A model generated the notes under the pieces. The model was not told the DNA's origin. It saw only the letters and a program-made list of their open reading frames with translations, and did no database searches. A stretch of 63,386 nucleotides of DNA, filler included, from Circinaria calcarea (lineage: Eukaryota), in NCBI GenBank assembly GCA_051942165.1. It is 8 parts of 8 records of this genome, joined end to end, with 100 filler letters (N's around TTAATTAATTAA, not from the genome) between each part and the next. Parts side by side here need not be neighbours in the genome. Positions count along the whole stretch, not along the records: positions 47,630 to 55,458 come from JAVECS010001238.1; positions 55,559 to 63,386 come from JAVECS010001239.1; 6 more parts are not named here. One strand, 5' to 3'. Each line of letters begins with the position of its first letter. Positions within the stretch are counted from its first letter, which is position 1. The translations under genes and the position numbers were made by a program. Below are positions 52,687 through 63,386 of the stretch, piece by piece.

Positions 52687-53049
52687 TGTAAGGATCCTCT
52701 ACTAATAGTATGATGATCTTACGAAAAGGGGTCGGTAAACTGTGTGATAACGAGCTCAATGGGTTCGCATAGCGTATGAATTATTGCTAAAGAAATCTGG
52801 TATCCCTTAAGCCGTTGCTCACGCGTACACGTCCGTGCCTTTTCTGCACGGACCAGAATCTGGTTCGTGCCAGCCTAGCTGGCCAATCCTAACCTTGTAT
52901 TCAAAGCGTGCACGGACGTGTACGCGTGAGCAACGGCTTAAGGGATAACACTTCGCGAAGAAAACCTTCTTCGCTAAGCCAATACCTCGTGACCTCAGTG
53001 TATAGTTTACCCGTAGGGTTCGTAGGGGTTCTCGGGTAGAGCCCTTATA
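52687..53049 (+). mobile_element. Solo LTR, family A, copy 2, with 5-bp TSD and nested MITE
   Basis: TGTAAGG...CCTTATA flanked by TAATT on both sides (52682-52686 and 53050-53054); aligns with copies 1 and 3 once the insert is removed. Confidence 0.88.
52804..52944. mobile_element. 141-bp MITE with perfect 35-bp terminal inverted repeats
   Basis: CCCTTAAGCCGTTGCTCACGCGTACACGTCCGTGC and its exact reverse complement; absent from the other two LTR copies. Confidence 0.9.
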
Positions 53050-53476
53050 TAATTATTCCCCGCGATAATCTTCGTCCTACTGCACTGAGACTCCTTAGCT
53101 CGCAACCGCCATAGATATATTAATAGATAAAGTACTCTGGTGGACTATCGTATGCGACGGGAGCTGTATTAAAGTAGTATATTTTTTGACCATCGAACCC
53201 TGGAGCTTGGAGTTTGAATGCAATTATATAGGCAGGTAGTTAAGGTGCTACTTAGGACGACTTTTGTTATGATCAGAGAACATTAGTGTAAGGGCGCTGC
53301 AATCCTTAAGGCACAATAAGGAATTATGTCATGTCCCGATTGGTGATAGCACGGTTATAAAGGGTGTAGTTGAACTGTTGCCCTAGGCTCAATATAAAAG
53401 GAGTATATTGAATTCGTTATGGTTCTATAAGCATGCTATCCTAAAGAGCGGGAAAAGCCTGCTATACATAATGCCT

Positions 53477-53585
53477 TGCTCATCTTGCTCACAGCCGCCA
53501 AGCGCTCCGAGCATACTGAGCATAGTCCCCTGCTCACCCTGCTCCTTTTGCTCACTCGCACTGAGCATCATGAGCATACGGAGCA
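53477..53585. repeat. Mirror array of TGCTC/GAGCA pentamers at 9-bp spacing
   Basis: TGCTC at 53477, 53486; GAGCA at 53509, 53518; TGCTC at 53531, 53540, 53549; GAGCA at 53563, 53572, 53581. Confidence 0.8.
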
Positions 53586-54133
53586 ACCGGACGAGGATTC
53601 CTCCGTTCCGGAGTTATCCTTCCTTAGGTATGGCACGCACGCCATAACAGTTATGGTAGGTAGGCGCGGAATAACAATACCCCCAGCCAATTATAAATCT
53701 ACAATGGAATTTTGTATATGGGGTGGATTCCGCTTCTGCTAACTATACCTTATGATATCAAGCTTAGCGTATCGTTGCCGACCTTCCGTATATAATAACT
53801 TTTTACAAAATTCAGCGCAATGTCCTAATTAATAATATTGTGGAAGAAGCGATCTTGAAGCCCAAGTATCCGCCCTCTAGTAAATGAGTACCTCGGCTCC
53901 TCGGGTTGCTAGGAGTCTGGGACCAGACCACCCCCTATCTCTAGCGTGCCTGGCTAAAATTTGCATGGCGTCGCGATTCAGTCCTAAATAACGAACATGA
54001 AAGAAATCACTGCAAGCGATTATTGAATTTTAGATATGTGTTTCAAACCCTTGATTTATCATCTTGGGGTATCCGAATCGATGACTCTGAGAAAATGCAC
54101 TTAGTGCTTTATAAATGAGACAACGAGGAGAGG

Positions 54134-54760
54134 TTAAGTGCTCGGTCCATGCCGATTATCTTCAGCCGAGATCGAAGTGGTGAGTCTTTCAAGGCTTTGG
54201 CGGACAAGGGCTTCCTTCTGGGTTGCTATGGGTTGCTGATAACCTATTCCAGAGACACCGTGTTGTCTGGTAAAAAGCGGGTTGAGTTAGTTTAAGAGCT
54301 TTGTTTTACCTTAGGCTGACACGCTACTTTCCTCTTCTTTATTGGTATCGTATGGTCGATATAGTTCGTTTTAAACCATCAGAAATAATGAAGACTTTGA
54401 ATCCTATGGAGAGGTTTCCGCAAGAGAAGTCGAGTGTCTCCAAGAATTAAAATATCGACAAGACTCTTAGGATGTCTGATTACCAGTGGACTATATGTCT
54501 CAGGGTAAGAGCGAGCATAATCTAATTCGCGGTCTTGAAGGCGATGGCAGGACCATTGCCTCGAGAACTTCTCCGACAATGGACAAAGAACTCTTTGTCT
54601 GAGCCGCGACAGCAATTGTTCAGCTGGAGCAAAAGCTTTCGAAGTTCACATAGTTCTTTCTCGGGTCTGTGACAGATCTGCGGCCAATTCGGGAGGTTCC
54701 CTATGCACCAGAACAACAGAGATTTTCGGTATGATCAATCTGAAGCGGGAGATAACAATG
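54134..54760 (-). pseudogene. Decayed partner gene B, copy 2
   Basis: Homologous to 51101..51690; minus-strand intron signals GTAAAA...CTAAC...ACCAG (54309..54267); last-exon frame ..ATQKEALVRQSLERL..; internal stops. Confidence 0.5.
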
Positions 54761-54799
54761 CTACCAGATTATATAGCAGTCGCCGCGCGCCATATCACC

Positions 54800-54909
54800 A
54801 CCAACCACATTCATCCTTCTAACCAACCACATTTATCCTTCTAACCAACCACATTCATCATCTACCAAGCACACATTTATTATCCCACCAGCCACACATT
54901 CATCATTCC
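54800..54909 (+). repeat. Minisatellite, ~5 x 20-23 bp (ACCAACCACATTCATCCTTCTA)
   Basis: Units read directly; ends 12 nt before the ATG at 54922. Confidence 0.88.
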
Positions 54910-54921
54910 ATCACAGCAGCT

Positions 54922-55458
54922 ATGGAAGCGGTCACCGTAGTCATAGAACTCATCAAACTAGCCAATGCTCTTAAAGAGGCCTCCAAAGCTGCAAGCGACT
55001 ACACCACAAGTTTCAACGAGGGCATAAGCATCCTCGAGGAGATTCTGATTTCTCTGGCCGATCCTGAAAATCAACTCCCGACCGGGGAATACAAGAGGTT
55101 GACTGCCTGGAAAGTGCGAGCCGAGGACCTACTCGAGGACTTGCGCGCCCAGACAAGATCATCCATCGAGACACGCGGTGTTGGGTTCTCCAAAGCCGCT
55201 GTCGCTACCTATCGAAGGCTACGCTTCGACTCGAAGAAGGCCGAGAGGATAAATCACCGAATGATAGAGTGTCTGTTGTCCCTGAACACAATAATTATCG
55301 CTATTAATGTACCCAAACGGTATGACTTGGTAATCCTGGTCGCGCAGACATGCTTGCTAACCCGTCTCGCTAGGCAATCCAAGACATGCCCACCCTTGGT
55401 GTTGCAGCTGGGAGAGGAGGATTTGCCAAGAAGCCTTGGGCAGAGAGGTCTTGACAAT
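54922..55458 (+). CDS. HeLo-like/SesA-like stand-alone helical-domain protein, gene A copy 2 (intact up to the contig end)
   Basis: MEAVTVVIELIKLANALKEASK (amphipathic first helix)...YRRLRFDSKKAERINHRMIECLLSLNTII resembles by eye the N-terminal helical domains of fungal STAND proteins. In-frame 54-nt intron 55320..55373, then tail QLGEEDLPRSLGQRGLDN. Confidence 0.7.
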
Positions 55459-55558
55459 NNNNNNNNNNNNNNNNNNNNNNNNNNNNNNNNNNNNNNNNNN
55501 NNTTAATTAATTAANNNNNNNNNNNNNNNNNNNNNNNNNNNNNNNNNNNNNNNNNNNN
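55459..55558. other. Artificial contig linker
   Basis: N44-TTAATTAATTAA-N44. Confidence 0.99.
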
Positions 55559-55675
55559 ATGGTGATTCGTGAGAGTCTGCCTAATCAAACAGCCATAGAG
55601 TAGATACCTTAAGCATACACGGTCCTAGCTCGAAGCGGCGTGAAGACTGCAGTCCCATTTGGAGCGGGGCTACAC

Positions 55676-56594
55676 TCAAAACGAAACCAAGTACAACAAC
55701 CCCGCCGCCGTCCCCTCCCGTAACCCCACATGAACATCTACCCTCTGCGTCCCCACCGGCACCGTTGGAATCTCCACACTCGCACAATCGCTACACTGTT
55801 GCTTCCCGCCGTCGACTGACACCCACAACGGCGCCTCGTGCACAATCGCCCGCTTCTGCGCAGTAATCTCCAAGCGGGCCACCGTGACCACGGCTCGCGA
55901 GTCCAAAGTCGTCATCACCGCCTCGACGCTATACGGAGTCGTGCCGCTGGCGAGGACGGGGCCGACCCCTTGCTGCACGTTTGCAGGCGTCGTTTCATGG
56001 GTGCGGTGGTCCTGGGCGATCCTGACGAAATTCTTGGTGCTGACGCAGTAGGCGATATGCTCAGACTGAGTATAACGGCCGCGATAGTTCTTCTGGACGC
56101 AGATTTCGTGGGGGAGGCAGGTGGTTTGGTAGATGTAGAAACGTGGGCCGGTGTGGCCGACAAAGCTACAGACGATGCCAACACCTCGGGGACTTGGATT
56201 CACGGTTGAAGTGGAGCGAATGCAATGGGACTCACCGAGCCAATCGTGCCCTTGGGGACAGGTATTCATAGGGCGGGATATGTCACGTTTTTGGTTTCCC
56301 TGGAGAGAGTCAGGCTGGTGATGGAGGAGGATAGTCATGCGGTTGGAGGCATCCTGGCCCGTTGCATCAGTGACAACTAGGTTGAATATGGGAGTGGTTT
56401 CTCTGCTGGCAGATGTCCGGTTAGTGGTAAATCTCGTCCCGTGGCCGTTTCCAGTCCAATACTTACATGGACGTGTTTGCAGGCCCTGCAGATGTCGATC
56501 CAGATTGCAGAGCATGGCCCACAAGAAATGGGGCGGCTGGCGCTTGATGACTGAAGCTTGATAAGAGAGTCAAGCAGTAGATGACATATCGCAT
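55676..56594 (-). CDS. Secreted Cys-containing protein with pro-region and KR site, 2 exons
   Basis: MRYVIYCLTLLSSFSHQAPAAP signal-like start; intron GTAAGT...CTAAC...GCCAG; pro-region ending GNQKR; mature part with 8 Cys (CPQG, HCIR, VCSF, TCLPHEICVQ, AYCV, CSDC). Confidence 0.75.
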
Positions 56595-57889
56595 TCTCAA
56601 AGGAACTTTATCTTATTCTCACAGAATTCCCTACCAGCCATGTGGTTGGTATCCGCCTGCAATGGAATATGAACAAACAATCAGTATATTGCGGTTTTGT
56701 TTTATAGTAAGCGCAGTGAGAGACTGGCGCAAGTATAAAGGAAAAAGAGTTTCACATCCAAAACTCATGGCGGCGAACAAGAACCTACGATGTTTCAGCT
56801 GTCATCGCTTCACCGCAGTTTTATTTGCTCAAACCTATGCGAGGCACCCCCTCCCCTCGGATCTTGGCTCATATGCGTCGGATGCCATAAGACCTTGTGC
56901 GATGTTACACCCAACTATCAACCGTTTTATCGAGAAGAATGGTCTGGATGAACTAGGGAGGTTGAAAGGATACAGCTTTATTGCTCCCCGCGATGGCTTA
57001 GTAGTCCCCAAAACGTTTGAGGCAAGCTTTGGGGCCGGATTGATTTTTTCATCTTCTCTTGCCTGCTCTGGAGATTTGGAGGACTTTGTCTCCAGTAACA
57101 GACAAGCTGATAGAGTATCAAGGTTGGACGAGAATTGCCACGCTTGAATATTATTTTCCACTTTCACAAATTGAAAAGCGTTTGACGATATCCTGTGCAA
57201 CCTATATTTTTGGCACTCCTTACTATTGCGTAATGGCGCGGTGTGCTATGTCGTAAAGACGAAGACTATGCGGGGGATTAATAGTCTGCAACCTCTCCTC
57301 TAGAATAGTTGATAGTTGACCGTAACGACAACGAGTATGAAGCAGTTTCGTGGGATACTGTTCTTGTTGACCTCCCTAGGGAGGTGCGACGACTGTGGTT
57401 GTGATGATACCGTAAACAAAGTCCGCTAAGAGGCGTACAAACAAACACTAGAGGGAGCTATGGCCTACGGTGAAGGCGACTAGGTAGGCACTGTATGGGC
57501 GCAGGCTTTACGTACCAAGATCTGGGAGGATGAATGTCGTATGGTTGTGGCGGAGGTCAGAGTTGTCTGCCGTAGCTTTGCTGCCCTTGTGGTTTGTGGC
57601 TACACGCTGAGCAGATTTAGTTGATTGTTGGCCGTACGGAGAGCTGTTCAACAGCGGAAGTGGCAGTACGTGGTGGCTCAGTGATGAGCTAGCTGAATCT
57701 AGCAACAGAGAACTACTATAGTTATTCCAGGAAGACGTTGGAAAAGCCGGTGGCAATTGAGAACGTAGTAAAGGAAGCTAGTATAACTATGGCTGCGGTG
57801 ATCAAGTTAACATTCTATTGGCATTGGAGGTGGGACAAAAGTAAATTGCCTGTCGCGAACTGATATCGACGGGAATACCTCCGGTTATC

Positions 57890-58507
57890 ACAGCCTTCCG
57901 CTTCCCAAACTGACTCATTTCAGCCCAAGCGCCAAAGCTTCTCAAACCGCTTCCCGTTTTGAATTCCCTAAGCTTTCCTGTGTCAGCGCCATACCCGTCG
58001 GTCCCAAACCAACGAAACGTTTTCCCTCTCTCTCCAAGTGCCCAAAATTTATCCTTACGTATTAAATTGTCGGAATGTCCTTCCCCGTTCTTTTTTTGGA
58101 ATATCTCGTAGCCTCGTCGGATGTCAACTCGTCCCCAGCTAGACTAATTGCCTTTTTCTCCCAGGTTGGATTTCCGGGTTCGAGAAAGGCAGCAGCACCA
58201 AAGAGCCTAATATCAATATTCGCGATGACTTGAAGCTTTTTCCTGGGTAGCAGAGAGATCTTCCAAGCCGTAGCGATGATTTCCCCCGTGAAGCCCCACT
58301 CGAGATTATCGAGGAAGAACAGCGGCCGCAGAATTCTATAGCTCATCCTCCCCTCCGAGCCTTTGGTCTTTAGTTTCAGGTGTTTTTCATCCTCATGCTT
58401 GGATTAAAAAAGGGGTATCTCGGTAGAATTTTCATTGCTCTTCTCTCCACCCCTGTCGAGCCGCCTTGTTTTCCTGTAGCATCGGTGATGAGCAAGGACG
58501 CGGACAT
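57890..58507 (-). pseudogene. NmrA-like family pseudogene
   Basis: MSASLLITDATGKQGGS abuts DRGGEKS...IPLF*SKHEDEKHL...ILRPLFFLDNL...ISLAGDELT...FRWFGTDGYGAD; internal deletion, stops and frameshifts. Confidence 0.8.
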
Positions 58508-59294
58508 TTCGAGAAAGTGTTAGAAGATCAGGTTCGGGGTAGATAATGACCTTGGTGTGGAGAACGAGGGAAGTTGAGTCAGTTGCTTTTGAGAATGCAG
58601 TGCTTTTCAAAGCAAGGCCGCCTTGACTATGGAGACTCATATCCATGTACATATGTTTCTGTAAAGGCCATGTAGCCAGTGCAACTCTCCAAGCTCGGAA
58701 GCAACACAACCAAGGCTCCCCCGGATTGGAATCATGGCTCTTCGTTGCTCAGCCATCTTTACTGTGCAAGACATCTAATTGATAATACAATTTACGGAAT
58801 GTGCTCGGATGCCAAAACATGCCCGAGGTCCATTCTGGTAGGGCTGCTTGATAAGTCCGGAGAAAACCCCTGTCCGGCCTGCCCGGGTCTCTTCCGGTCC
58901 GTTGCCTGCATGAGAGTAGCCGCGGTTCCGTTCCGTATTTACGCTAGCACTAGTGGAATTGGTTGTTCTTTGACGAAAGTCCCTCGGAATATGCTACCTC
59001 AAATCATCTTGAAGCAATTCAGATGCATGGAGGGCTCAGTCAGGGAACGAGACGTCTATGCAGAGCTGCTCTCAAACACACACTTGCTATCAGACTTACC
59101 AAGCCTCTCACTTATCGAAGCATGAACAGAGACCCCGATTAGCCCAAAGTTCCGATCATACGAGGCACAGAGGTACCAGTGCTCTCTCAATCAGATGACC
59201 GCTTAGTTCGACAGTACCTAAAACAATACGAGATGGAATCGCTGCTATCATCTCCAGAAATTCCGAGATCTACAAGGCCGAACAGCTTCGTGCC

Positions 59295-60863
59295 ATGACT
59301 CCAACGGCCACTTCTCCGCCAATCCGGTCGACATCGAGTACGCCAGGGTCCATGCCGGCTGTTTCACCGGATACTCTATTAGATGATAAGGACGAGCTGT
59401 TGCATGACCTCCTCATCGCGACACATAGCGCCAGGACCGGAGACGCCACGGTTGCCCTAAGAATAGAGAGCATTATTGCTGAAGTCGTTGACTGCCTTGC
59501 CGACCACAGGACCCTCTTCATACCCTTAAAACGAAGGTGGCGGGTTAAACTCACACCGTCTGGAGCTGAAGTCTCCACGCCTGCCACCGAATGCGAAGGA
59601 GTGTCGTACCCAGGATCAACACCGCGAGAGGCTTGGAGATTTAGTACGACCTCCAAAGCTCCGGCACCATGCCAACTCTAACACTGAGGAGCTGTGTTAG
59701 TCACTATACTCGAAATAGTACACGAAGCACTTGTCAATAATACTATCGTCACTAAGAGGTGCTACCACTTTTCTGCATTTACCCCTATTTACATATTTTA
59801 CTCACGAGGCTAACGCCGTTTCTTTCTTTTCGACTAACAGGGAGATCTACTATAGAGATCCAGAACTCTTCCAGAGTCAAACTGTGGTGAACTGTTACGT
59901 TGACGATCTAGCGTTTTCCTTGGGTGTTCGGCGAGCTTGTCTCAATGTTGTTGGGTTTTTCTTTAACTTGCTGATCAGACTTTACCATTTACTAACACGT
60001 CACTTTGCAAGGTCGCTACGGCAAGAGGACTCGTTGCTGGATCTTTCATAATCAAGCTCATCAACTGTACAACCTTGGATGGCGCTTCCGAGTCTGGAGT
60101 TGCCAACCCTCTGAATTGGTGGTCTGGCTGGGAGACTAACATTTATAGGGAACGATTGTAACCAACGCGCATGAGATCGAGTCCTTAATGACTTCGGGTG
60201 TAGCTTGGATATTAGTGACTGAGAAAGAGGTACCACTAATATACCTTCTCAGTGATCTTATTTCTGAATAGCGATAGGCTACATTCCGATCCCTAGCATG
60301 CAACAAATTTTACCAAAATTCTGTTGTTGGAAATGGCATAATCCTTACGGTACCCTGCTTATGCTATCAGTACTTAATGATTGTGCTGAGGTGCTTTTCA
60401 GGCCAAAGGCTATCCTGACATCTCTACCCGCGAGTTCCTCCATTATCTCTCCACCGTTACCTTTACCGTATACCCATCTCCGCCAATCTATTGTCTCATG
60501 GACTTCGACCCCGATGGAATTGCCATCATGTCGACCTACAAGTACGGCTCTTCAACATTTCTACACGAAAACGCGTACCTGAACGTGCCCACCATCCGCT
60601 GGCTAGGGGTTAAGAGTAGCGATTTACAATTTCAGCAAGAAGGCAAGGATGATAGCGGACTCCTAGAGCTAACAGCTCGAGACCGGAGGAAAGCTGTGAA
60701 GATGCTCGGGAAGGAGAAGTTTGCAGAGGAAGGTGTAGAGGTCGAGTGGAGAAGGGAGCTGCAGGTGATGTTGATGCTAGATATGAAGGTGGAGACACAG
60801 CTCTTGAGCAGTAAAGAGGGAGGACTGGAGCAATGGTTGGAGAAGAAGCTGGCGAATGGATAA
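59295..60863 (+). CDS. SPO11: Meiotic recombination protein Spo11, multi-exon; 5' end uncertain
   Basis: TKR|EIYYRDPELF (catalytic Tyr), VDDLAFSLGV, VATARGLVAG, VTEKE|ATF, AKGYPDISTR, DFDPDGIAIMSTYKYGS; the exons join in frame. Confidence 0.92.
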
Positions 60864-61044
60864 TATGCCCGAGGTTCTGAATCGGGGTGAGTCATGTCAA
60901 GGTATATGATAATAATAAGAAGCACAAAGGTAGCTGTTGCGAACGCTATTAGCTTATAATATTATTATGGCGTTAACGCCATATTAGGGGAGGCTAGCTT
61001 CGGAACGGACTAATCTTGAACCGTGCTCAGTATACTCATAGATA

Positions 61045-61263
61045 TATAAGGATTCTCTACGAATAATATGATGATCTTACGAATAAGGGTCGGTAAACTA
61101 TATGATAATGAGCTCAATGGGTTCGCATAGCGTATAAATTATTGCTAAAGAATTCTGGTGTAACGCTTCGCGAAAAAAACCTTCTCGCTAAGCCTACACC
61201 TCGTGACCTCGGGGTATAGTTCACCCGTAGGGTTCGTAGGGACTCTCGGGTAGAGCCCTTACA
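61045..61263 (+). mobile_element. Solo LTR, family A, copy 3
   Basis: TATAAGG (TG mutated to TA)...CCTTACA; full-length alignment with copies 1 and 2. Confidence 0.82.
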
Positions 61264-61500
61264 GGATTTTACCACTAAACCACTAACGCTTTAGATATTT
61301 AAATTTATGTTTCCTATAATAAAATATATTTATATATAATTCTGCCAGCTAATCAGCTCAGCCCAAATCAATTATATAAAGTAGCTACTTGAAATATTTG
61401 CGCAAAAAGCTCTTGGCAAGTTATACTTGCGCGGATATTTAAATGGGCTGTTAGAATAAGCTACTTTTAGCCGAGCTCCGAGAGTAACGGATCGCCTTAG

Positions 61501-63386
61501 CGCATCCTCTTCCCCCACCTTTTGAGACGACGATCTCACCGGCATTCTTGGCGGGGCTGGGGGGGAGACCGCCCTTCACAATCACATCTTGAAACACTTG
61601 AGACCTCAACGCTGGAGGGATTCGATTCAATCGCGAAAGTGCAGGAGAGGAAGGAGCAGGAGTTGGGGGAGAAGCACAACCATGCCGCAGGCGAATCGCT
61701 GGGAGACAAGTCAAGGGAGGCTGCGGCTGCGGAGACGATACAGGTACGCCCCAGATTGAGGTGAAGCGCTTGACAGAGTAGGTCTTCCGACAAGACTAAT
61801 ATATTTCCTACTTACTAGCGTACCTACAGAGGTCATCGAGCGCGAAGGCAGTTGAACGGGCTCAGCTTGGATGCTACAACGAGATGGACTGAGGTAAAAG
61901 TTTTCGGAACCCGACTATTCTCTAAATCCCGCTTTTCTCGAAACGCGCTTACTTACGAATTCCAAGGCTATCAAAGAAGCCCAGTACCGCCATCTCACCA
62001 CTCCCCGTCCACGACAGCCACTCAACGTAGAATCTCCTCCTGAGGGAGCGCCCCAGAATTCCTCTCGAGCACGCCAGAATTGGCGGCGCGTTAGTGGAAT
62101 TGCCAGCCGAGCCCATGGCGAAGGTTCTGCTCCCGAATCTGACTCTTCGTCTTCCTCCTCTGCTCTCGCTAGACCTCACACCCCCGCCAAAATACTAGAG
62201 CGACGCAAGCGTCGCCGGAAAGAGGAATGGAAAGGCAAAATGATGGATCTGTCTTACTTTCTCGAAATGGTCGATCTAAAGCACCGATACGGTAGTCACT
62301 TACGCGCCTACCATGCTGAGTGGATGAAAGCAGACACCCATGAGAACTTCTTTTATTGGCTTGACTATGGCGAGGGTCGAAACATCGACTTACAGCTCTG
62401 TGGCAGAGACCGACTGGACAGGGAACAGGTACGCTATCTGAGCCGGGAAGAGCGAATGGATTACTTGGTAGAAGTCGATAAGGAAGGAAGGTTATGCTGG
62501 AAGAGAAACGGCGCGAGGATTGATACAAGTGAGGAGTGGAGGGATTCGATACATGGCATCGTGCCAAGAGGAGATGACACGCCGATGTTTAGAGCAGCGG
62601 AGCTAGAGGGTAAGAAAGGAAAAAAGACACTAGCGGCAAAGGAGTCTTCGGACGAGTCGGAAGATGATGAAGGATCGGACGAGGAGGAGGAGGAGGAGGA
62701 AAAGAGGTATGCGGATAGTATGAGTAAGGCGAAAGGGCCGAAAAAGATCCTACATGTTTCGCCGGCAACCATACTAAACTCTCTATTACGAAAATCCGTG
62801 AAAAAGAATACTTGGATCTTTGTACGTACAGTCACCTCTTTCCCCTGAAAGGGGCTTTATTCCCTTTCTTAGACCCTCAACTCCTATTCACCACCTAAAC
62901 CTAAACTGATCAGACCCCTCAGGTCGCAGACACATCCATGAACCTCTACGTCGGTATCAAACAATCCGGCGCTTTCCAACACTCCTCCTTCCTCCACGGC
63001 TCCCGTATCTCCGCCGCCGGCCTCATCAAGATAAAGCGCGGCCAGCTACGCTCCCTCTCCCCCCTTAGTGGACACTATCGGCCCCCCGCATCCGCCTTCC
63101 GTCACTTCATTGCCCATCTTCGCTCTCTGAACGTCGATATGTCACGCGTCTCCATCAGCAAGAGCTATGCGGTACTAGTGGGACTGGAAAGCTATATGCG
63201 GACGAAGAAGAGTCTCAAGGGAGCAGTGGGGAAGGTAGGGAAGGGTCTGGAGAGGGTAGTGAGGCCGGAGGAGGTGAGGAGGAGGGAGGAGGAGGAAGCG
63301 GATGGGAGTATGAGTGCAAGGAGGGAGAAGGAGGTTAGGGAGGAGGAGGGGCTGAGGGGAGGATTGAGGAGGTTAGCTGTGGGGGT
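61501..63386 (+). CDS. IQ calmodulin-binding motif protein (IQM-like); start not found, 3' end truncated
   Basis: AAETIQ|RTYRGHRARRQL (IQ motif), YFLEMVDLKHRYGS, FFYWLDYGEG, VRYLSREER, WIF|VADTS, FQHSSFLHG, SPLSGHYRP. Confidence 0.88.

Noticed and set aside
54410..54730. Plus-strand REVECL and YAPE as a protein-kinase remnant
   Set aside because: No HRD or DFG motifs; splice signals and most conserved peptides favour the minus strand.
56581..57200. 188-aa and 121-aa antisense-overlapping ORFs
   Set aside because: They overlap the promoter region of the secreted-protein gene and show no recognisable domain.

Overview
Eukaryotic DNA from a filamentous ascomycete (Pezizomycotina; a lichen-forming fungus is my inference). 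The window is not contiguous. It is eight unrelated contigs of 7843, 7842, 7841, 7836, 7836, 7831, 7829 and 7828 bp, joined by identical 100-bp N44-TTAATTAATTAA-N44 linkers. Housekeeping or conserved genes: Ecm25-like RhoGAP, mitochondrial uL24m, rho1, mitochondrial LeuRS, VPS8, a TM9/nonaspanin, cytochrome c oxidase subunit Va/VI, SPO11 and an IQ-motif protein. Accessory genes: three P450s (one a CYP505 P450-reductase fusion), a Pth11-like receptor, a DUF6594-like protein, an apparently frameshifted NACHT-ankyrin NLR and two secreted proteins. There are also several decayed pseudogenes, a ~220-bp solo-LTR family in three contigs and a young 141-bp MITE. The most unusual region is 51.1-55.5 kb, a twice-repeated cassette: [decayed minus-strand gene]-[CATTCATCATTC minisatellite]-[stand-alone HeLo-like/SesA-like helical-domain gene with a short, nearly invariant C-terminal tail]. 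One copy has lost its N-terminal helix. It is a candidate fungal cell-death/allorecognition or toxin-antidote module, but that function is inference only.
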